Part shown: positions 9,321 through 18,569 of the stretch, piece by piece
Numbering within the stretch: the stretch's first letter is position 1
Layout: each line of letters opens with the position of its first letter
Origin: Lobosporangium transversale
Lineage: Eukaryota
Direction of reading: 5' to 3'
Assembly: GCF_002105155.1 (NCBI RefSeq)
Contig: NW_019029002.1
Span: forward strand, 557,886-577,885
Length of the DNA stretch: 20,000 bases
The notes under the pieces: generated by a model
The model's database searches: none
Seen by the model: only the letters and a program-made list of their open reading frames with translations
What the model was told of the DNA's origin: nothing
Translations under genes and position numbers: made by a program

Positions 9321-12300
9321 TTACAAAGTAGTAGCAGGACCAGCGGGTACTATGGGTGTAGGGACAGCCTGGATCTGTGCGCGCTCTTTCTGGGCAATGA
9401 AACGAGACTTGAGCTCCTGCCACAACAAATTACGCTCAATTGCAACACCACCAAGAACAGAAGCATTCTCCTGGGCACGACTATTAAAACAAATAAAAAA
9501 AATAAAAAAATAAAAAAAAGAGAGATTTGTCAATTAGTTTCAAGGAATCACTTTGATAATAAAACTTTTTGCTTTCTTGTACATAAAAAAGTATTCTTGA
9601 AGTAGAGGGAGGACTTACCGAATCAAGTATGGAATGACATGATGAATAGGGCCATAAGGAACATACTTGTAGATGCCATAACCATGCTGCCCAAGCGTGT
9701 ATGAGATCTGATCACACATGCCCATCAGTTGACCAAACATAACCAAACCAGCTTGTGGAGTCAATTCAAGCTCTTGCATCCGTTCACAAGTGCGCATCAC
9801 AGAGTCCTTGTTATGTGAAGCAACAAACAGGACCACGGGGGTGGTCTTGAGTGAGAGTGAGGACGGTGACCCATTCTGGTCCTTTTCTTGGATCAACTTT
9901 TGCTTTTGTTCAATCATCTTTTCCAACATGAAATCAACCCCAGCATTGTAAGAGGAATGGGTCGCTTGGATACCATCACAGATAGGGTCCTCCAATCCCA
10001 ACTCGATGGCTCGCTTACGTTCACTGACCATGTAGGCGCCACGGACAAGCTTGGCAGCCAACACGTAACCGTTGCGCTGAGCACGGGTATAGTCCTGCTG
10101 AAGACGGCCAAAGGCGTCCTTGAGGTACATTTGGTACGTGTTGAAGACAAGAGGTCCATCTACATGAGGTGTGTTATTGTAGTGCTCCATGAGGTGCAGG
10201 GCGACAGCATCGATGGCAGGTTGAAAGTAGGACTGCTCGGCATCGATCATGAGACGGGTATGGGTTTTTTGAGCTTGATTACAAATGTTCTCCATGCGTG
10301 TCAACAAACGCTTGTAGTCCTCAAGATCCTCCTTGATCAGGCCAGGGATTGGTTCAGATGAAGAGACTTCATTGCTGATGAACAACGAGCGAGTCTCCTC
10401 ACGATTCAAAGAGACGGTGGAAGCAAAGTCAACCCAGTCGATCATACCATCCTGATCCTTGTCAGCCTCTTTGAATAACTGCTCGACAACAGACTCGATG
10501 GATTGATCTTTGTCGAGGGCAGGACTTGGAAGCAACTTTACAATCTGCTTAAATTCTTCTTTTGTAATCTTTCCGTCTTTGTCCTGATCCATATTTTTGA
10601 ATTTGTTCTCAACGGCCTTCAATGTAGAGGAAACCTGTTTCAACAATAGAGGTGAGCCCATGGCGGTGATTTTGATGGCAGCAAAGGATTTCGATAGAGC
10701 AGAGGCAGTTTCGATACAAGTGCTGATTTGTTGAGCAATATTGTCAGCGCTCTTATTGAAGCTGGCACGGATCTCTGTTGGGGATTGATTCTGAAGGTCC
10801 GCTTCATTCAAATCGGCCTCAATGGACAAATCCAAGATCGAGTTGATGCCTGCACTCTTGAGACTATTCATTGTTCCGATACAATCTTCAGCAGATTCAC
10901 CACTGTAAAAGAATAAAAAAAAAAAAAAAATCAGACGACAACAGGTTAACACATGATAATACGATATAGAGTGTAATCTATTCAGCTGACTTGAAAACCA
11001 AAAACTGATGATGATATGACATTCAATCCAACAGGTGTAATATAGACAGAATAAATTGGCTAACAGCATATTACAGCTCACTAATGACCTCCATTTACTA
11101 GATAGAGAAAAGAGCGAAGGAAAGGAGGGAATGCGTATTCACAGCCACCGCCCAATGCTGGTTACTGCTGTATTATATAATGTAATGCAACGCTATTGAC
11201 ATTTTAACATTCGATCTCCAACGCTAAACTAGATCAAGCAAGCATTCGAGTAGAGATGGGGAAGAGAAGAGACTAATAAAACTGCAGGGTCTATAGTAAA
11301 GCTGTAAGCATTTCCCTCTTCCCTTTTAGTGAAACCACGCTAGTAAACCCAAATTGTTTATGAGTATGTCATCCCGTAAACAAAACGGCTTAAAGGCGTT
11401 CTGGGTTTAACAGTATTCCATTTTTGGAATTAGCCGTGGTAAAATAATGTCATGTAATGTAATGGTACACAATAACATATTTCAATTACATCTACTCCAC
11501 TCACTCTCCCCTTTCTTAATTCCATCCCTTTCTTTCGATCACTCAATCAGGTGCTCTGTATTTCTAATTTTTTTTTTTTTTTTTTTTTTTTTTATAAAAG
11601 AAAAGACCCAATAATTGGACGAACTTCTGTTCTTTCTTCTTCCATCATGGGAAAGTTATTTGATAGTGAAGGCATGTTGTGCTTGTAACATTGGCGGAAT
11701 TTTGGGTTTTTTGAAATAATGTGGAATGTTTAACCAACTTACCCACAGAACTGTGCAAAGAATGTCTTGCGGATGAACCAATAAACCGGTGGGGTCAGGT
11801 GCATCATCTCAGCCAGGGAAATCAACTGGGGAGCCAGATCGACCAATAGACGAAAGGTGCACATCTTATAGACCAACATGGACAACATCAACTCTGCTGT
11901 TGACTTTTTCTCGACTCCAATACGGTTCTGTTCATCTTTGAGATCATCGATCACATTGTTGCCAGCGATACTGATGGAGTAGCTGTTCCCTGCCTCTAGA
12001 TGGGGAGCCTTTACAAGTCGGTTCAGGAGGGTAGCAGAGGTAGCAAGGGCGACAGTGCCGCCGATAGCTACCTTTTGCCAAACAGGAGTCTTGGGAGCAG
12101 CAGCGGTGGCGGTAGCAGCGGCGGTGGATTGATGGTGTGTGAAACGGGAGGAAGAGAAGAAAGGGAAAGATTGAGATTTTTGGGGGGGACGCTGAGCGTG
12201 GGAGAGTAAAGATGGATGGAAACTGCGCTTGGGCAGCAAAGAAGAAGAAAGTAAGATGCGAGTAGTGGACGATGAGGATACAAGGGAGGAAGACAGAGGA

Positions 12301-12338
12301 GGCGGCAGTCGCATGGAAGTAAGGACACGGGTCGTCAT
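9321..12338 (-). CDS. PUT1: Mitochondrial proline dehydrogenase (FAD-dependent proline oxidase) with EF-hand pair insertion, ~679 aa; exons 12338-11743, 10902-9619, 9480-9321
   Basis: Spliced frame (2040 nt) gives the PRODH motifs TFFAQFCGGE, IKITA, LMIDAEQSYFQPAID, NTYQMYLK, KLVRGAY, ASHN, FGQLMGM and KYVPYG..VIPYLIRRAQEN. First in-frame ATG is 12338 (the ORF track start at 12401 is TTG). The N-terminus is Ser/Arg/Leu-rich and lacks acidic residues, like a mitochondrial presequence. Confidence 0.95.
11334..11440 (-). ncRNA. Putative structured RNA element (five-helix, two-junction fold) inside intron 1 of the proline dehydrogenase gene; family not recognised
   Basis: Nested complementary segments (+ coordinates): ACCACG 11334-39/CGTGGT 11435-40 plus CTA 11340-42/TAG 11431-33; TAAACCCA 11344-51/TGGGTTTA 11402-09; TTGTTTA 11354-60/TAAACAA 11377-83; AACG 11384-87/CGTT 11397-400; ATTCCA 11415-20/TGGAAT 11425-30. 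Strand assumed from the host gene. Confidence 0.5.
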
Positions 12339-13986
12339 TGAACTACTGAAGACAGTTGTGCGTGTGTGAAATGCTTTTGAATGTCTGTGAAGAAATGTCA
12401 ATCGATATGATGGAAAAAAAGGGGGGAAAAAGAAAAAGAAAAAGAGAAGAGAAATGTGAGAATGTTTATAGGATTTTATTTATATTTTTTTTTTTTTTAC
12501 ACACTGTCACTGTCCATAAGATATAGGAAAGGGCAAAAAAGAGAGCTGGAAGGTTCTCAGCGGGCAGTAAAAAAAAAAAATGCACAGGCTGACATGCAAG
12601 TAAGAAAAAAAATAAAGGCACCAATCAAGATAAATAAATCACTTCTGCCCTGCAAACGCAACCACAGCTTCCATCTACACCAACATTGTGTTTTACAATT
12701 GAATAGGCTTTGTTGCGCTCTCATCAAAGGCTTGTTGGCCAACGAGAATGCTTGTTCCACCATCCCATCCTTCTTCTAGTGTTTGTGTTAGAAATAGCAA
12801 AGTAAGGTTCTGGTTTCAAGACGTTCACTCGACGCATGTCTTTTGAAAGATGAGAGGACGAGTGTGGAATTTGGGCCCCATCTCTCTTCTCACATCTTTC
12901 CTAATCTCTCTTCTTCAGGATCCAAAAGGTCGTTTCATAGGTCAAAGACCTAGGAACGTGCGACAGCCCAGAAGAAGTATAAAACAATAAAATAAAATAA
13001 TACAAAATAATACAAAATAAAAAAAGCTCTTTGTTGCTTTTGGTTTTGTTTTGATTTTTTCTTTATTTTTGTGGGGTAATGCAATGGAACGTGTACAAGT
13101 TTTCCTGTTCTGACCTGTTTTTACATCCTTGTTTGTTGCCACACATTTTCAGAATAAAATTCTGGATGTGAATGTCAAGGCATTTATTGGTTACTTTTTA
13201 TTCCCATGACCTCTATAAAAACAAAATAACAAAAAAAAAAAAAAATAAAAAAAAATAAAATAAAAGTTGCTTCAACATGGTCATGGCATGATCCCACATA
13301 AAAGTCGTCCATGAAGAACACATGCCATCCTTTGTTCGTTAACTGTAATGTTGTGCATGTACATATACATGTAAATGATTATTGGGAAACCTTTTAAAGA
13401 AACCAACTGTCATGCAGGGTCTCCAAGTCTGACTAAAACTGGGTGAGTAATATGCGAATGACTTTTTATTTTCTTTCGCTACGATAAATGCCGATGATTA
13501 TTCCCAACTCCTGACTCTCCTTTTCTCCATACTTTTTTTTTTTTTTTTTTTTTTTCGGCATTGTTTGCTACATGTTTCTTCTTTTCCTTTGCCTGAAACC
13601 GAAATTGACTTTTCTGACAATCTATTCATGTGTATATGACTTAATCCTGACTTTGGCTCCAAAGAAATGCTATGCACAACAATTTTTTTTTTTTTTTTTC
13701 CTATTTCTATTTCTAGTTATGACCCATCCATCTACGATCTAGGAGGATTTACGCGCCATTCCTTTATTTTACATACTTTATTTTTATTGATTTCTTGGGA
13801 TCATCTCCTCGTCATCTAGGTAAAGCATTCAACCTTCTAGCCCCTCAAAGTTCCTTTCTCATCCATGCTATTCATATGGAGGATTGACCATTTTGTAAGA
13901 AAAATCTAAAAATCAAACGAATCGAATCATCGTCTTTGCTGTCCTTTAAATTCGTTCAATTCCGACAACGCATGCCATACCGAAAA

Positions 13987-14017
<31 letters not shown>

Positions 14018-14414
14018 CACGGCATAACTTACTGCCATCCAAATCTCCCCCATTCAGCTCAACCAAGCACTCTTTTTCTTTTATACACAGCGCAATAAAG
14101 AGAAGAGAAATGTACAGAAAAGAAAGAAAAAGGTTGTCGGGGTAAAATATATACAGTCCTTGAGAGAAAATATATATATATATACATCTATATTAGAGTG
14201 AACATCTTGCAAAAAGAAAAAAACTTCCCGGGCATCGAATTCTACACCAAATCATTGCAACGCCTTTTTTCTTCTTTATTTCCCTCGCATTTTAATTGTG
14301 TTGTGCAACATTAACAAAGTGCCATCCTGGCCAAATAGGGCAACCTTGCTTCGCAATGTTCGACAATGTACAAATAAACATTATTTGTTAATGCATGCAA
14401 CCCAAGCACGTTGG

Positions 14415-14446
<32 letters not shown>

Positions 14447-15382
14447 GGTCATTGTGAGATTTTTTCTATGTTTAGTCCGTGTGATTTTTTCTTCTTTTTC
14501 AAAAAAAGATGAGATCGATTGTCACACGTCAGAAAAGCCTCGCCCATCCACGTTGTTCTTCCCTGGGCTGGGTACAGTACATGCATGTACATGTACATGT
14601 TTATACTTTTTTTTATATTTCTTCCCACAGTAGAAATACCCTGCTTCGCACTGGAGTATCTTGATGGATAATCTAATAGATCTGTACACCCGGATACAAC
14701 TAAAAAGAAAGTGGCGTATTACATGAAAATGTACATGAATGTACACATCCATCTATCCAAAGAAGAAGGGGGAAAGAGGAAAAAATAAAAGAGGATTTGA
14801 CCTCCGCAAAAAGGAGCTCTTTTTCTGAACTTTTTATTTTTTTTTATTTTTCAGGTTGTGCAATGATCATGATCACCCAAGAAAAGACGTTATTATGGGT
14901 CATTAAACCTTAAAACAGTTGAATGAATCATGTCGTCGCCATTTGAAAAACGCGACTTTTTTTTTTGCCGTTTTTTTTTTTTTTTTTTATCCGATGGTCT
15001 TGTGCTTTGTCCTGTGACTTGATCCTTTTTTTTTTTTTTTATTTATCCTTTCCTGATTGGCAATAAAAAAATAAAAATAAAGAAAAAAAAAAAAAAAAAA
15101 AGAGACACGCGTAAAGGTTTGAACATTCTCTGCTCCTACTTCTGCTTTGATGGTATATATAAATATATATATATATATATTCATATATTTTTTAAAAAAA
15201 GAAAAAAAAAAAAAAAAGTTTAATATGTACTTATTTCTTCTTTTCTATAGAAAGAGTCAAGAGGGAAAAAAAGAACAAAACTATATACTGTAACGACAAT
15301 AAATGAGAATAAAAAACAGATATCATTGAACATTGTGCTACTCCTTTTCTTATAAATGTTTACCATCTTCATTTGGCCTCAT

Positions 15383-18340
15383 TTATCGAAAGCTCATCAT
15401 GCCCACGCCACCAGGACCTCCTACAGCCATGCCTTTCAACGTTAAGCAAAATTAAGAGAATAAAAAAAAAATAAAAAATAAAAAAATAAAAAATAATTTT
15501 TGAAGTCAGTAAATCATCCCATATCTCTCATGTAATCATAATACCTTTTGTTCACATACATATACACACACATTACTACACTTACCAAAGCTCGAATCGA
15601 GCAACTTTTGCATCATCGCATCATCAGTCTTCTTCTTGTCAGGATCCGATCCTGTGCTCACAGTACTCCTGTTGCTTTTCACACTTGCTCCATCAGATGC
15701 GCCTGTGGTAGTCGACATCGTTGTTGAACCCCCCTTCTTGGACGAAGTCCATGTACTCGTTTCAGAGCTTGGTATATTCACTGCTTGCGATGCCTGCTTG
15801 TTTTTATACCCAGGGAAGGAAAAGAATGATGTCTTGGTCGCTGGTGGCGTCTGAGGGACTGCTGCTGCTGCCGCTGCCACTGCCGCCGCCGCTGCTGAAG
15901 GCAAAGGCGTCGCAGGCGGTGGCGTTAATGGCTCTGTATTCCAACGCGATGATGACATGGTTCCAAGACCCCCAGAGCTTGATCTATTCGGTCCTGAACT
16001 GGATCCAAGTGCCGAACCTCGACTCCGGTTCGTCGGATGGGGTAAAGCTGAACTCTGGAAGGATACCCGGTTGTAGTCTGGTGATGGCGGCCCATTAATG
16101 GACCCGGGTGAGAGTGGAGGACGTGAAATAGGCTGAAAGTGCGCGTGTATCTCCTGCTGCTGTTGCAGATAAGGTGAGGGATTGCTGCCATAATTACTAT
16201 TGCCATACTGAGGCGATACGCCGTCATGGCCTCCGTTTATAATAGTACTAGAATATTGTTGTTGCTGTTGTTGTTGCTGTTGCTGCTGGTGAAGGATCTC
16301 AGTGGTAGTAGCCCAACTATTGCCTGGGGAGTGGGTGCTATGGTTCAAAGCCTGTTGGTGCTGGAGCTTCATTTGTTGTTGCTGGAGCATCTTCTTGGCT
16401 GCGATCATCACCTTGAGTGAGCGAATCTGAAGTCCCGTTTGCTGAGACAGCGCTGCCGTCTCATAGACCATAGCGGCTGTTGACATATTCAACATCTGGT
16501 GGAGTGCATGGGTTGCTAGATCACGAAGGCGGTCCAAACCATACATATCTGCCAAGAGAAGTAATTGTGATAGGACTTGAGGATGATGTTGTTGGGCTGT
16601 GACCAAATGATCAGTGTAAAGATACTGTAGGAATGCCAGGACAACCGGATAGGGCTCTGGCAGAGACAATGTCCTCTTTGGCGATAATGTTGGGTCGTAC
16701 TCCGAGTTGTTCGCCTTGCATTGCTCCACATCCCGCTCCTCCTGCTCCCTCAACAGAGTCGCAAAGTAAGGCCAGCGGGTAGCTAGCACGGCCGAGTTGA
16801 TGGGGATACGTTGTTGGTCCTGTGTCAGGATATCAAAGTCTGCCATAGATGGGTCATTCAACAAACTGAGACCGAGCTCCTGAGCTGTCTGTGTCATAGT
16901 CGTTGGTGGATGCTGATAGATACCAAAGGCTTCCAAATCGACGACCGAAACATGTTCGAAATTGGTCTGGCGGTTCTGATAATCATCCGCAAGATTGCGG
17001 TCCTTGTTACCAAAGACCAGATAGGTGTTTGTGTTCTCTAACATGATACCACGATTCCAGGATCCAGTGCTAAAGACCGTGCCAGTGTCGATCCGTGTCC
17101 AGACAAGACTTGCAAGATTGAGTGACCAGATACTGAACGACTGTTGTGCCTGACTGAGGTACGTTCCCGAGAGCACCAAGTGCTGTCCTGCAATTGCGCC
17201 CGTTGGGAAACGCAAGCCTGGCGGCAGGAGATTCCCAGACATGGACTGTGAATGGTCTTGAACATGAAATATTGGTGGCGTCAGTACTTGCAGTTCCCGC
17301 TTGACATCTGAAAAGTTGAAGTTGGAGTAGACATAGATAGGATGCTCCTCTTTAGCCGGTGCTGACGACATGAGGTGCGAGAGTCTGTTGATGGAAGAGC
17401 GTTGCTCTAGAGACGAAGGCGAGGAGAGACCGAGAGTAGCACTCGATCCAACAGAGAGTCGCGATGCCGGGCCGCCTTTTCTTGAGATGGTCATGTTTGA
17501 AGAGCTTTTTCGGAGTGAAGGAGTATAATGTAACGACGTGCTGGAGGAGGCTTTTCGAAGATATGAAGTAGGAAACCCATCAGAGACACCTGTGGCGGCC
17601 AGCGAAAGATTACTAACAGAGTTTGAGTCGTTGACTTCGCTTCCAATGATGGGTATAGATGTGCCTTGGCCGTTGGGACTGACAGCAATCGAGCGATAGG
17701 AACCGCAGTGCTTCTCAAATGGCATTGAGGCAGTCCATTGCAAACTGTCGAGGTCGAGCACATTGAGCTCCTCGATGTACTGGTTTTGAATATCTTGACC
17801 ACCAATAATAATTAATTTGTTGCCAGTGATACTACTCAGGTGTGCATAACGTGGTTTTGGAGCGTGCTGTGACGATGGAATACGTACATGACGCCATTGG
17901 AGAAGTTCCAAATCCAGGATATGGATATCGTCAAATACAATCTGTTCCTGTTGCTGACCCTCCAGAATTTTTCCGGACGGACCCATTCCTCCAAAGAAAA
18001 CTATTGTATTTTTGTAAGGATTTGCGGTATGGAAGTACCTCTCTGTAGGAGGATGACCTTGTTCGTTTTCATCTTCAGCGCCAGGATCTCCAATGGCCCG
18101 TGTAGGAGCCACATTAACAGTCTCGGAGACATTCTGCCAATGAAAATCTTCAAGGTTGAGGATGTAGAGTGAATTGGTCATCTGACGAGTTTGGATCAGC
18201 CGGCCACCAAATAGAAACAATCGATTGTCTACAATTGTCATGGTGGCACCAACCATTGGCGGGGGAATATCGCCAGTGGTGATATGAGATGTAGTTGTCA
18301 AGTCCGAGATGGACTGGAGGCCGGGTGCTGGTGCTGGCAT
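15383..18340 (-). CDS. ral2: Kelch-repeat + BTB/POZ protein, Ral2/Mds3/Pmd1 family, ~930 aa; exons 18340-15586 and 15420-15383
   Basis: Kelch blades (LFLFGGR, RYFHTA..IVFFGG, RYAHLS..LIIIGG, LPPGLRFP), then BTB (ADFDIL..SAVLATRWPYF..FLQYLYTD..LLLLADMYGLDRL) and a Q/S/P-rich tail. First ATG is 18340 (track start 18361 is TTG, with an in-frame TAA just upstream). Donor G|GTAAGT at 15585; short last exon ends GVGMMSFR-TAA. Confidence 0.85.
16256..16288 (-). repeat. Coding poly-Gln11 tract in the ral2-like C-terminal tail
   Basis: CAG/CAA run translating as HQQQQQQQQQQQY. Confidence 0.85.
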
Positions 18341-18533
18341 ATTGGAAAGTAAGGATGACAAATGTATTTACAATGAGAGAGGGGGGTATGAGGATTGGAA
18401 GGATGGGTGAAAATCTTAAAAAAGATAAAGCCCAATTAATCTGTTAAAAAGCAATAATATATAATTCTTTTCAGCTCCAGACTTGAACAGACTCTAATAA
18501 AGAGAGAGCGAGCGAGAAATATACAAAAGTTTC

Positions 18534-18569
18534 CTGGAGGAAAAAAAGAAAGATATGAACGAGTTAGTA
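18534..18569 (-). other. Branch point and 3' splice site of a probable 5'-UTR intron of the ral2-like gene
   Basis: Minus strand reads TACTAAC (18569-18563), then a pyrimidine tract, then CTCCAG (AG at 18535-18534), ~195 nt upstream of the ATG. Donor not identified with certainty. Confidence 0.55.

Noticed and set aside
9888..10361. 157-aa + strand ORF antisense to PRODH
   Set aside because: Non-ATG start, in codon register with the PRODH frame; explained as an antisense shadow of biased codon usage, with no recognisable motifs.
10993..11026. CTGATGA and GAAA resembling a hammerhead ribozyme core
   Set aside because: Order and spacing are incompatible with stems I-III, and no flanking helices are present.
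11426..11439. Short resemblance to bacterial 16S rRNA (CCACGGCTAA on the minus strand)
   Set aside because: Only ~10 nt; flanking sequence is not rRNA-like.
15107..15112. Second ACGCGT (MCB) motif
   Set aside because: Lies just 3' of the ral2-like gene, ~2.8 kb from the nearest start; consistent with chance.
12456..15184. Short ORFs in the PRODH-ral2 intergenic region
   Set aside because: Dominated by poly-K/poly-F from homopolymer tracts; no splice-consistent gene model.
12339..15382. Put3-type CGG-N10-CCG site upstream of PRODH
   Set aside because: No correctly spaced pair found by eye.
563..18340. Functional gene cluster (AcuM regulator + proline catabolism + nutrient signalling)
   Set aside because: Interrupted by a kinetochore gene; no shared promoter or other evidence beyond adjacency, and synteny data would be needed.
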